A DNA stretch of 45,185 bases, taken from assembly GCA_043826455.1 (NCBI GenBank), contig JBDRQD010000072.1:1-45185 (forward strand). Reading direction: 5' to 3'. Position 1 is the first letter of the stretch. Each line of letters begins with the position of its first letter. The translations under genes and the position numbers were made by a program. Of this stretch, positions 20,291 to 29,350 are shown in pieces. The stretch comes from Candidatus Bathyarchaeota archaeon (GTDB lineage Archaea > Thermoproteota > Bathyarchaeia > TCS64). The notes under the pieces are model-generated. The model had not been told where the DNA came from, searched no databases, and saw only the letters and a list, made by a program, of their open reading frames with translations.

Positions 20291-21412
20291 ATGAAGACCC
20301 GTCTCCTCCGCTACATATTACTTATTTTACTTCTCTCACTGGGTGTCCCGGCGGTGAACGCCGCCGAGCTCAAGATGTCCTTCAAGGCGAGCCCCGCCAC
20401 GCCCTACGGCCAGGTCATGGCCTACGAGGGCTACGTCTTCAATGTAACCGTGGAAAACAAGGGCGTAACTGTGGCGCCGGGTGAACCAGTGGACGAGGCG
20501 GGCCAGACAAGGTACACCGGAAGAGTCATCGTCTCGATAAAGTTCACAATCAGGGGGCGGGGCGGCTACGACTTCGGTGAATCCACTACAGGCTACACCA
20601 CGCCCGTGCGAGAAGAAGCGGAGTTCGGCACAGTCATCACGATACCCGTCAACGGCACAAGAACCCACATCTCGCTCAACTACACATTCACCAAGGACGC
20701 CTACGAGTATGGTTTGAAGCCCTACGAGGACGTGGAGGTGACCGTGAAGGCGGAGGCCTATTACGAGGTGTACAACCAGACGACGGGGCCTACCGCGCCC
20801 TTCACGGGCCCAAAGCTCGGCGAGTCCAAGGTGGTTTACAGCCTGATAGATGAGACCAAGATCAGGTACATCCAGGGCAAGCTCAAGGACATGGCCGACG
20901 AGGTGAAACCCCTCCAGGGAATAAACAGGCCCGAGTACGTGGACGTCACCACGTACCTGAACATGCTCGACAACATGAACGCCAGCATCAGAGAGGGCGA
21001 CTACTCCACGGCCCTGAAGACGTACCAGAGGTACGACGAGAAGTACAGGCAGTCCCTAATCAGCAGCCTGACGAAGGAGGCCACCAAGTCCCGGGAGAGG
21101 GCAGGCGTAATCGCTGACTTGGAGTGGCGGATACTTCAACTGGAGGCGACGCTGGAGCAGCAGATGAGCAGACTTCAACTAGAGCTGGAGCAGGCCCAGG
21201 CCAAGTACGCCACCCTGTCCCAGACCTACCAGAGGAAGCAGGCTGAGCTGGAGGCGGCCAAGCAGAGCCTGACCACCGCCATCACCGCCGTGTTCCTTGC
21301 CTCCTTAGCCTTCTTCTTCCTGGGGCGCAGGACTGCGACCGGCAAGTTATTTGGGCGGGGGAGGACGGATCAAGGGGTGAACGGCGATGAAGCTGCACCT
21401 AGTGTTCGTTGA
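20291..21412 (+). CDS. Hypothetical exported protein with coiled-coil stalk and C-terminal membrane anchor
   Basis: Signal peptide MKTRLLRYILLILLLSLGVPAVNA, a beta-rich domain, a heptad-rich segment, and TM AITAVFLASLAFFFLG followed by RR. Confidence 0.75.
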   Translation: MKTRLLRYILLILLLSLGVPAVNAAELKMSFKASPATPYGQVMAYEGYVFNVTVENKGVTVAPGEPVDEAGQTRYTGRVIVSIKFTIRGRGGYDFGESTTGYTTPVREEAEFGTVITIPVNGTRTHISLNYTFTKDAYEYGLKPYEDVEVTVKAEAYYEVYNQTTGPTAPFTGPKLGESKVVYSLIDETKIRYIQGKLKDMADEVKPLQGINRPEYVDVTTYLNMLDNMNASIREGDYSTALKTYQRYDEKYRQSLISSLTKEATKSRERAGVIADLEWRILQLEATLEQQMSRLQLELEQAQAKYATLSQTYQRKQAELEAAKQSLTTAITAVFLASLAFFFLGRRTATGKLFGRGRTDQGVNGDEAAPSVR

Positions 21413-22088
21413 GACGGCCCTTGAGCTGGTGCCCCCTGAGATCCTGAGGCACCCCTCCGTGAGGAGGAACGCCAAGAGGCGGGGCAAGCGGCCTGAGGAG
21501 ACCCTTCTGGATAGGAGCCTCCACCACTTCGCCATGGACAGGCTGCCGGACAGCGAGAAGAGGGGCCGACCCGACATCATCCACTTCTGCCTCCTGGAGG
21601 CCATGGGCTCACCTCTGAACAGGGCTGGCCTCCTCAGGGTCTGGATGAGCACCAGAGACGGCCGGCTGGTGGAGGTGGACCCATCCACGAGGCCCCCCCG
21701 GGACTTCAACCGGTTCAAGAGCCTCATGGAGCAGCTTCTCCTGGACAGGAGGGCGCCGCCGGGCGGCGAGAAGCCTCTGCTGGTGCTAAGAGACATGGGG
21801 CTAAGGGAGCTGGTGGAGGAGGTGAGGCCCACCCGAGTAGTGGCTCTCACCAGCCACGGGCAGCCTGGCAGCTTCCAGGAGTTGGGGGAGACCTTGGCCG
21901 GGGAGGAGGCGCCCATGGTCCTCATAGGGGCCTACCCTTCGGGGGCCATGAGCGGTGAGACTACGGCGGTGGCGGACCAGCGGGTGAGCGTCTACCCCGA
22001 GTCCCTGGAGGCCTGGACGGTGACATCCCGCGTCCTCTACGAGGCGGAGCGGTGCTCAGGTGTCTACAAGCCTGTCGGTGAACTCTAG
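21387..22088 (+). CDS. nep1: Nep1/Emg1 16S rRNA pseudouridine N1-methyltransferase
   Basis: LELVP, LLDRSLHHFAM, KRGRPDIIHFCLL..SPLN, RPPRDFNRF and IGAYPSG. Confidence 0.93.
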   Translation: MKLHLVFVETALELVPPEILRHPSVRRNAKRRGKRPEETLLDRSLHHFAMDRLPDSEKRGRPDIIHFCLLEAMGSPLNRAGLLRVWMSTRDGRLVEVDPSTRPPRDFNRFKSLMEQLLLDRRAPPGGEKPLLVLRDMGLRELVEEVRPTRVVALTSHGQPGSFQELGETLAGEEAPMVLIGAYPSGAMSGETTAVADQRVSVYPESLEAWTVTSRVLYEAERCSGVYKPVGEL

Positions 22089-22697
22089 CAGGTCCCGGAC
22101 CGTGTCAGGTCCTCTAGCCTCGCCGGACCTGTCCAGGTGGTATGCCTCCAAGCCGAGGCTCTTGGCAGCCCTGTAGTCGAACTCCCTGTGGTCGCCCACG
22201 TGAGCCACCTGGAACGGCTTCAGGCCTATCTCATTCAGGACCATTCTGTAGAAGCCCGCGTCCTTCTTCACGGTGCCGAAGTCGCTGGGGGCGGAGAAGA
22301 CGTGGGTGAAGGGCCCTCCCACTGCTTCAACCTGTAGCTCCAGGAACTCCCTTATGGTATTGGATGACACAATTAGAGGGTAAGCGTTCCCAAGCTTACG
22401 CAAGGCCTCAGCCGCGTCAGGGTAAACTTGGATGAGGTCTGTACGCTCTCTTATCAGCTGCCTCCAGTCGGCCTCCAGGCCCAGCCTCCTGAACCAGTAG
22501 TCCACGTCGTACCACTCTGTGCGCCCCTCCCCTACGGTGCCGTACTCCGCCTTAACCCATGCCAGAGCGGCGTCCAATTCTAATCCGTGTTTCTCCGCGT
22601 ACAGCGCCGGTATCTCATGCTCCCAGATGGCGTTGGAGAATGCGTGGTCTATGAGGGTTCCCTCCATGTCCAGGGAGACCAACTTGACGCGGCCCAT
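22056..22697 (-). CDS. HAD-superfamily hydrolase
   Basis: Motif I SLDMEGTL, SSN, K and HVGD...D. Confidence 0.88.
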   Translation of the reverse strand: MGRVKLVSLDMEGTLIDHAFSNAIWEHEIPALYAEKHGLELDAALAWVKAEYGTVGEGRTEWYDVDYWFRRLGLEADWRQLIRERTDLIQVYPDAAEALRKLGNAYPLIVSSNTIREFLELQVEAVGGPFTHVFSAPSDFGTVKKDAGFYRMVLNEIGLKPFQVAHVGDHREFDYRAAKSLGLEAYHLDRSGEARGPDTVRDLLEFTDRLVDT

Positions 22698-22721
22698 GGG
22701 TGAAAATGTGGCTGCAGCCGT

Positions 22722-23087
22722 TTAAGGTGTTTCAGGAGACCGGTCTCTCGGGAAGAGGTTCTGCACCAGCAGTGCGGCTCTCCTGTTGGTCACGTTAACG
22801 AACCTGTGGGGTATGTCCCCCGGCACGGTCACCACCATCCCTGGCTTGATCTCCGTGACCTCCTGGGCCGTCTCTACGCGGGCGGCCCCCGACAGGACCA
22901 GTACCACGTGCACCCTTGGGTGACTGTGGCTGGCTGTGCCGCCCCCGGGCTCTATCCTTAGGACGCGGCAGGAGTAGTGGCTGACCTCCGTCTCGTCCAC
23001 GACCGTCACCGAGTTGACTTCCCTGTGGCCCTCCCCGGGCATGGGCTCGCCGGGCTCCTGGTTTATCCTCCTGACCCTGAGACTCAT
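22722..23087 (-). CDS. Cupin domain protein
   Basis: PGGGTASHSHPRVH.VLVLSG and VPGDIPHRFVN. Confidence 0.85.
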   Translation of the reverse strand: MSLRVRRINQEPGEPMPGEGHREVNSVTVVDETEVSHYSCRVLRIEPGGGTASHSHPRVHVVLVLSGAARVETAQEVTEIKPGMVVTVPGDIPHRFVNVTNRRAALLVQNLFPRDRSPETP

Positions 23088-23123
23088 GGCTAGGACATGT
23101 GCGCGTCATCTGATGAAGGTTGC

Positions 23124-23143
23124 TAGAAAAAAATAAAAAAATT
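23124..23143 (-). terminator. Poly-T terminator of the small zinc-ribbon gene
   Basis: The minus strand reads AATTTTTTTATTTTTTTCT directly downstream of the stop at 23151. Confidence 0.6.
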
Positions 23144-23150
23144 GAAAGGG

Positions 23151-23315
23151 TTACTTCTTCTTCGGCACAGTGTGACTGAGGACGCCTGCTTTGTAGAAGG
23201 CGCTGTAGGGCTTTTTACATGATGCACAGTGGAAGCCTTTACCGTCGAACTTGCCGAACTTCCAGGTCTTTCCCGTGGCTTTAGCCGGTTTGCCACATCT
23301 TGGGCATGTAGTCAT
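23151..23315 (-). CDS. Small basic zinc-ribbon protein (54 aa), possibly a Cren7-related chromatin protein
   Basis: Not in the ORF track. MTTCPRCGKPAKATGKTWKFGKFDGKGFHCASCKKPYSAFYKAGVLSHTVPKKK has two CxxC pairs. An upstream CTTATAAG TATA-like element and a downstream poly-T are present. Confidence 0.85.
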   Translation of the reverse strand: MTTCPRCGKPAKATGKTWKFGKFDGKGFHCASCKKPYSAFYKAGVLSHTVPKKK

Positions 23316-23464
23316 GTCGACTCACGTAATTATTGTATATATCCCTTATAAGTGTTAGCAAATTATTCAATAAAAAAGAGACAATTCAAGTAGAAAAACA
23401 CGATTTTAGTGCCCGTCGTCGACCCTAAAAGTGCCTTATATTATACAGATCATAACTATTACCG

Positions 23465-24634
23465 GTGAAACCCGTGAGCCTGATTCTGGGAACCAGCGGC
23501 TGGAGCTACAAGGAGTGGGTGGGTCCTTTCTACGAGAAGAAGACAGGCATGTTCACCCAGTATGCCCAGGTCTTCAACACCAGCGAGATCAACAGCACCT
23601 TCTACAGGTACCCCACGGAGGGCATGATCCAGGGGCTGCGGCGGAACGCGCCCCCCGGGTTCCTATTCGCAGCCAAGCTCCCCCAGCTCATAACCCACGA
23701 AAAGTGGCTGAGGCTGGGGGAGGGGGTGGAGGACGACACCCACAGGTTCTTGGAGCTCATGAGGCCCCTGGCTGAGAGGCTGGGACCCATACTCATCCAG
23801 CTGCGCCCCAAGTTCAGCTACGAGGATCACGTGGGCAGCCTGGAGTCCTACTTGGACGTGCTCCCCAGGAACTATGAGTGGGCCGTGGAGTTCCGCCACG
23901 AGTCGTGGATGAGGCCGGAGACCATGGACATTCTCAGGAGGCATAACGTGGCCTACACCATAGTGGATGAGCCGCTGCTGCCCTCCGAGGTCCATGTGAC
24001 GGCTGACTTTGCCTACATCAGGTGGCACGGCCACGGCAGCCGCCTCTGGTACGACTACGAGTACAGCGGCGACCAGCTCTTGGAGTGGCTGCCCAAGGTG
24101 GAGGAGGTCAAGGCCAAGTCCAGGCGTGTGTACGGGTACTTCAACAACCACTTCAGGGCAAACGCTGTGAAGAACGCCGTGGAGATGCTGGAGCTCCTAG
24201 AAGAGGCCACCCCAATGCAACGGGTGGCACTGGAGAAGATCAATGAGTACAGGGACACAGCCGTCAGGCCCCCAGGCGTCCAGCCCCTGGAGGCCTACGC
24301 CCAGGAGGACGAGGACCTGAGCGTAGCCGACCACCTCAGCCGCTTCATGGACCCTGGCAGGCTCAGCCGGGCCGAGAAGATCAAGGACTCGGAGCTCAGG
24401 GTGACGTACAGCGGTGACGACGCCATAAGGGCCAGGCTTAGGGACTACTGCATCGAGGTGGACCTGGAGCACCAGGTAGTCAAGCACGACTGCGACGACT
24501 GGAGGAAGGGCGCCGGAAGCAAACGCATGTGCAAGCACCTGGGGAAGCTGTTCCTGTCTCTGCCTCCGGGCCAGGCCAAGAGGGTGCTGGCCCGTATCTG
24601 GGACGACGTGGACGGCTGGGTCTTCGAGGAGTAG
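23465..24634 (+). CDS. DUF72 (YecE/YunF) protein fused to a C-terminal SWIM-like zinc finger
   Basis: GTSGWSYKEW, EINSTFY, ITH, VEFRHESW, YIRWHG, YDYEYS and YFNNH. The C-terminus has HDC-x12-CKH. Confidence 0.88.
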   Translation: MKPVSLILGTSGWSYKEWVGPFYEKKTGMFTQYAQVFNTSEINSTFYRYPTEGMIQGLRRNAPPGFLFAAKLPQLITHEKWLRLGEGVEDDTHRFLELMRPLAERLGPILIQLRPKFSYEDHVGSLESYLDVLPRNYEWAVEFRHESWMRPETMDILRRHNVAYTIVDEPLLPSEVHVTADFAYIRWHGHGSRLWYDYEYSGDQLLEWLPKVEEVKAKSRRVYGYFNNHFRANAVKNAVEMLELLEEATPMQRVALEKINEYRDTAVRPPGVQPLEAYAQEDEDLSVADHLSRFMDPGRLSRAEKIKDSELRVTYSGDDAIRARLRDYCIEVDLEHQVVKHDCDDWRKGAGSKRMCKHLGKLFLSLPPGQAKRVLARIWDDVDGWVFEE

Positions 24635-25453
24635 CTACAGGGCCGGGACGCCTAGTTTGCTCAGGAGAACCTCTACCTTCTTCCGTTCGTGGCCCTTGAG
24701 GCCGCCGTCCAGCATGGCCGCCTTCGCGCCGGGGCTCTTATCCAGCATCTGCGTCACAAGCTCCTCCGTGAGGAGGGGTATAGAGTACTTGGCGGCCATG
24801 TGGCCGAAGGCGTACTCGCTCATCTTGACGCTGAAGGTGGGGCAGTAGTGGCCCCCGCCGAACCCCAGAGCCACGGGGGCCTCCCCCTCGTTGTCCATGC
24901 CCCCCAGGATGCAGTCCACCAAGTAGCCGCAGACCTCCACGTTCCTCCACTGGGCCTCCCTGCTGCCCACTTCGGCGAAGAACATGGGGACCCTGAACTG
25001 GGTGGGGCTGTGGTGGGTGGCCTCCAGGCTCACCTGGAACTTTGCCGGCGGGTTTTCCTGTAGTCTGAGGTAGACGCCCCTCATGGGGTTGGGGGCCGTG
25101 GCCTGGAGTTCGTAGTGGCGGCCGCCGTACATGGCTTTACCGAAGTTGCCCGTGGGATGGACGGTGAGGCTGGGCTTGCCGCTCTCGGCCCAGTGCCTGC
25201 TGGCCACCACGATGTATTCTAGGTCGTGTTCCTCGGCTAGCGCGTCGTAGTCGGTGGGGTAGGGGTTGGGCTCCGCGGGGGTCTTGTAGCGCTCCTCAGG
25301 CACTATGAGAGGCTTCACGGCGAAGAGGAGCTTGTCCCCCATGCTGTACACGTTGGGCTCACCGGTCTCCTTGAAGCCTCTTTCCTTAAGCAGCTCCAGC
25401 ATGGTCTGGCCTGCTGGGTCTGAGAGCGATAACGTTATGGCCTTTTTTCCCAT
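24635..25453 (-). CDS. dtdA: D-aminoacyl-tRNA deacylase (archaeal DtdA/DTD2)
   Basis: ASRH, LTVHPTGN, SLEATHHSPT, FAEVGS...W, GFGGGHY and FGH. ATG 25453. Confidence 0.9.
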   Translation of the reverse strand: MGKKAITLSLSDPAGQTMLELLKERGFKETGEPNVYSMGDKLLFAVKPLIVPEERYKTPAEPNPYPTDYDALAEEHDLEYIVVASRHWAESGKPSLTVHPTGNFGKAMYGGRHYELQATAPNPMRGVYLRLQENPPAKFQVSLEATHHSPTQFRVPMFFAEVGSREAQWRNVEVCGYLVDCILGGMDNEGEAPVALGFGGGHYCPTFSVKMSEYAFGHMAAKYSIPLLTEELVTQMLDKSPGAKAAMLDGGLKGHERKKVEVLLSKLGVPAL

Positions 25454-25658
25454 GGCGGCACCTTGACGCTTTGAAGGCGACTCGACCACCTAAATATGTT
25501 TAGGGTGGCGAGGCAGTCTCAGCGTCTCGTCGGTTGACTGCGTGGAGAAGAACCGAAGGTGACCGGCCCCATTATTCGTTTATTACGCGGTGAATTACTG
25601 TTGTTCGGCATCTGAGGAATAACTTAAATTTTGGGTAAACAGTACCCATGCTCGTCAC

Positions 25659-26771
25659 ATGCTAAGCTCAGACATAGGCAGCATCCCTCCGAGGCTGGAA
25701 AGGGATAAGATACGGGTAGGGGCAGCCAGGGCCACGGGCCTCATCGCCTTCCTCGGTGTGGGCGACCAAGAATACAGGGCGTTCAGGGACGAGGTGGTCT
25801 CGGCCTTCGTGGACAAGCTCAAGGCCGGGGTGGAGGTCCCCAACTACCCCCAGATCAGGGACATGAACGAGATGTTCCTCAGCCTCATAGAGGGCGCAGA
25901 GAAGACGGGCAGGGGCCTAGTGGCCGTCAAAACTCTTCGAGCGAAGTCTGGTGCGGCCATCCCTGAGACGGAGGTGCTCAGGAGGGAGGCCTCTATTGTC
26001 CGCGACGCCTCAGGAGTGGAGACGGTCAGGGTGAAGGTCTGCGTCACTGGGCCCTACACACTGGCCAGCTTCTTCCAGCACAGGACGCCGGGGCTCTTGG
26101 AGGAGCTGGGCGAGTGCCTGGCATCTATACTCCGGGGCAGCCTTTTCAGCAACAGGACGGCTGAGGTGGCCCACGTCTGTGTGGACGAGCCTGTCCTGGG
26201 CTTCATGAATGATCCCCTGCTTGACTACGGGTCCGAGGGGAGGGAGGCCCTCAGGCGCGCCTGGGAGAACATCACGGGCGTCGCGGCGTCCCACGGGATA
26301 GACACCAGCATGCACCTCCACAACACCTCGGAGAGCCTGTTCTGGGAAGTGGAGAGCCTGGGCTCCCTTACCAGCCACGTGGGCGACCCCCTGTATGGGC
26401 AGGAGTCCACACGGGGGCGGCTGGAGGAGACGGATAAGAAGCTTTGGGCCACCATAGGCGTTACCCAGTTCGACACCCTCATCGAGGCCTACCACGCGGC
26501 ACAGGGCTACGGTGGCAACATGCCTGAGAAGATAGGGGAGACTTGGACGGGCATCAGGAGAGGCTCCGTGGACCCCTACATGTTCCTGGAGGAGCCCAGC
26601 CTCATGAGGAAGCGCTTGGAGGATGTGACCCGGTTCTTCGGGGTCGAACGTATAGCGTATGCGTCCCCTGAGTGCGGCCTCAGCAGCTTCCCCGGCTACG
26701 ACGTGGCCATGGAGTGCCTCAGGAGGGTCGCCGGGGTCGTAGACGAGTTCAATGAGAGCCTCGGTGGATAG
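25659..26771 (+). CDS. Cobalamin-independent methionine synthase catalytic-domain-like protein (MetE/URO-D superfamily)
   Basis: DIGSIP, KVCVTGPYTL, VDEP, HLH and SPECGL. Confidence 0.75.
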   Translation: MLSSDIGSIPPRLERDKIRVGAARATGLIAFLGVGDQEYRAFRDEVVSAFVDKLKAGVEVPNYPQIRDMNEMFLSLIEGAEKTGRGLVAVKTLRAKSGAAIPETEVLRREASIVRDASGVETVRVKVCVTGPYTLASFFQHRTPGLLEELGECLASILRGSLFSNRTAEVAHVCVDEPVLGFMNDPLLDYGSEGREALRRAWENITGVAASHGIDTSMHLHNTSESLFWEVESLGSLTSHVGDPLYGQESTRGRLEETDKKLWATIGVTQFDTLIEAYHAAQGYGGNMPEKIGETWTGIRRGSVDPYMFLEEPSLMRKRLEDVTRFFGVERIAYASPECGLSSFPGYDVAMECLRRVAGVVDEFNESLGG

Positions 26772-26810
26772 GGTTTATACTGTACACCCCTTTCCCCTTA
26801 TGTGATAATC

Positions 26811-27020
26811 ATGGGCAGGATCGATAAGGGCGCCAAGTGCAGCGTGAAGGGCTGCGGGGAGGACGCTGTGCGGTCCCTGGACGTGGGTAAGGTGAAGGGC
26901 GCGGGGCTGGACGTGGACGCCGCCAAGCGTGCCTACCTCTGCAAGGAGCACTACAAGGAGTTCAAGAAGAGTAACAGGAAGGACGCCCAGATAGAGAAGT
27001 GGCGCCACGGCATATCCTAG
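26811..27020 (+). CDS. Small basic zinc-finger protein of unknown function
   Basis: CSVKGC...YLCKEHYKEFKK, with an upstream TTTATA element and typical codon usage. Confidence 0.8.
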   Translation: MGRIDKGAKCSVKGCGEDAVRSLDVGKVKGAGLDVDAAKRAYLCKEHYKEFKKSNRKDAQIEKWRHGIS

Positions 27021-27036
27021 AAAAAATTGTGGGGGT

Positions 27037-28488
27037 CTACCCCACGAACTTGGGTCTATCCTGCAGGTAGACTGGCATCGGCAGCGGCCTGTAGGGCTTG
27101 CCCTCGGTCACTGACAGTATCTTACCCTCAATCTCTGCCACGGTCATCTCTGAGGGCTTCGACTGGCCCCTGATTCTGACGGGGAACCTGTCCTTGCCGG
27201 CCTCCTTCTCGCCCACCACGACTATGTAGGGTATCCACTCCTTCTCCGCGTCCCTGATCTTCTTGCCAACGGTCTCGTCCCTGTTGTCCACGTCCACCCG
27301 CACCCTGCTGAACTGGCTCCTGATCTGGTCGGCGTGCCCCACGTACTCCTCGCTTACGGGGATCACCCGGACCTGGGTGGGGGCCAGCCACAGGGGCAGC
27401 GACGGCTTCTTGCCTGCCTTCATGTCGAAGGCGGCCTTCTCCAGTAGCCCGTAGATGTCACGCTCTATGGCGCCTGAGGGGCTGCAGTGGAGGACAAGTG
27501 GATGCTTCTGGGTGCCGTCCTCGTCCATGTACTTGATGTCGTACCTGGGCCCGTTCTCCACGTCGATCTGGTCGGTGCTGAGGGCGCTGGCCTTGTCCAG
27601 GTTGTCCACGAAGTTCATGTCCCATTTTAGGATGAAGTAGAAGAACCGGTCCTTCCACATCTCCACCAGCACAGGCTTACCATGCTGCTTAACCAAGTTG
27701 ACGATGAACTCCTTGTTCTCCTTCCAGAAGTCCTCCACCATCCTGATGGCCAGCTCGTAGTCAGCTTTCTCGAACCCGATGCCCTTGAGGACGTCCTGGC
27801 TGAGTCTGAAGCGGCGCAGGAACTCCTCCTTGGCCTGGGGAAGGTCCCGGCACAGGGCGTGGACGTCGGGCATGGTGAAGGCGCGTAGCCTCCTCAGCCC
27901 GGTGAGCTCGCCCCTCTGCTCCCGCCTGAAGCTGTACCTGGTCATCTCGTAGATGCGCATGGGCAGGTTCCTGTAGCTGATGGTGGCGTCGTGGCTCATG
28001 AGGAACTGGCCGAAGCAGGCCGCGAACCGTAGGAAGTACTGGGTGTCGTCGCTCTCCACGGTGTACTGTCTGGCCGGGAACCTGTTCATGTAGCTCTTCA
28101 GGCTGGGGTGCTCCATGCTGTACATGAGGGGGGTCTCCACCTCCATGCCGCCGTACTCGTGGACCATGCTGGTGACGTACTCCTCCAGTAGCCCCTTCAC
28201 CATCCTGCCCTTGGGGTAGTACCTGAAGTTGCCGGGGTCAGAGGCGGGCTCATAGTCCACCAGCTCCAGGCTCCTCATGAGGTCAACGTGGGGCGGTGTC
28301 CTGTCCACGGTACGGTCCTTCTGGTACTCGTATCCGCTGAATAGCTTCAGCTTGTCTTGCCCCTTGAAGTCGTACTCGTCCAGGGGCCAAAGCTTGCCTT
28401 CCAGGTCCAGTATGTACCACTGGCTCCTGAGCTTCTCCTCAGCCTTCAGGGCCTCGGAGACTACTTCCTGCTGCTTTTTCTCACTCAT
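27037..28488 (-). CDS. thrS: Threonyl-tRNA synthetase, archaeal type, without the N-terminal editing domain
   Basis: [51 protein letters not shown] and the anticodon domain [11 protein letters not shown]. Confidence 0.95.
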   Translation of the reverse strand: MSEKKQQEVVSEALKAEEKLRSQWYILDLEGKLWPLDEYDFKGQDKLKLFSGYEYQKDRTVDRTPPHVDLMRSLELVDYEPASDPGNFRYYPKGRMVKGLLEEYVTSMVHEYGGMEVETPLMYSMEHPSLKSYMNRFPARQYTVESDDTQYFLRFAACFGQFLMSHDATISYRNLPMRIYEMTRYSFRREQRGELTGLRRLRAFTMPDVHALCRDLPQAKEEFLRRFRLSQDVLKGIGFEKADYELAIRMVEDFWKENKEFIVNLVKQHGKPVLVEMWKDRFFYFILKWDMNFVDNLDKASALSTDQIDVENGPRYDIKYMDEDGTQKHPLVLHCSPSGAIERDIYGLLEKAAFDMKAGKKPSLPLWLAPTQVRVIPVSEEYVGHADQIRSQFSRVRVDVDNRDETVGKKIRDAEKEWIPYIVVVGEKEAGKDRFPVRIRGQSKPSEMTVAEIEGKILSVTEGKPYRPLPMPVYLQDRPKFVG

Positions 28489-28741
28489 CTCTGGTCACTC
28501 CGGGGGAACAGGGGTGGTGCCACCATTGGCTCTCGCTATCCAAAAGGTTTCTCAGAACAGCGGAGGAGCATCTAAAGCTTGGTTGGGCCTCTCGGCCTAG
28601 GCTGTTTGGCGGGACATCACCGCGTTCTCCTCTCACATCCTTGAAGGAGTTCACCACTTTTAATCTTTATGCATCAAAATATGGGCTCCATCGGATTTTT
28701 TGTTAGTTAAGCATTTATCACAAGTGAAAGTATCCTCGTTC

Positions 28742-29350
28742 ATGGCCTTCATAGGTGTAAAATGTGAAGCCCTCCCGTGCGACGATGTAGTTACAAAAAA
28801 TTTTCTCGTGCCAGATGTATGGTTAGACCCCCTGAAGGTCCGGGCCGTGATGGTCTCCGAGGCATCACCCCCGGACATGAAGGACTACTACTACGCCGGG
28901 GGCGCCCCCCTCTTCCAGAGGACCACCGTCCAAGCTTTCACGGACGCGGGGGTGAACGCCGGCTCCATAGACGAGCTGCTGGAGATGGGGTTCTACTTCA
29001 CAACTGCTGTTAAGTGCGGAAAGACGGGATACGGCATCAAGTCAGGCACAATCAAGGAGTGTAGCCTGCTGCTTGAGAGGGAGCTGAACGCGTTCCCCAA
29101 CCTCAAGGTGCTGTTACTCATGGGAGACGTGGCCATAAAGGCGCTCAACTACATATCCAAGAGGAAGACTGGCCGAAACGTGGTTCCACCGGGCTCAACA
29201 TACAAGATCAGGAAGAATCAGTACTTCTATGGTGGCGTCAGGGTGTTCCCGTCCTACCTTCAAGCGGGCCCCAGCTTCTTCATCGAGCAGAGCAAACGCA
29301 GGATGATAGCCGAGGACATAAGGGAAGCCATGAAGATACTAGGAGCCTGA
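28742..29350 (+). CDS. Uracil-DNA glycosylase superfamily protein (divergent)
   Basis: MVSEASP, YFTTAVKC, IKECSLLLEREL and LLLMGDVA. The start is uncertain. Confidence 0.75.
   Translation: MAFIGVKCEALPCDDVVTKNFLVPDVWLDPLKVRAVMVSEASPPDMKDYYYAGGAPLFQRTTVQAFTDAGVNAGSIDELLEMGFYFTTAVKCGKTGYGIKSGTIKECSLLLERELNAFPNLKVLLLMGDVAIKALNYISKRKTGRNVVPPGSTYKIRKNQYFYGGVRVFPSYLQAGPSFFIEQSKRRMIAEDIREAMKILGA

Noticed and set aside
28489..28660. About 58-codon minus-strand ORF upstream of thrS as a split editing domain
   Set aside because: It has no resemblance to the archaeal ThrRS editing domain and has atypical composition.
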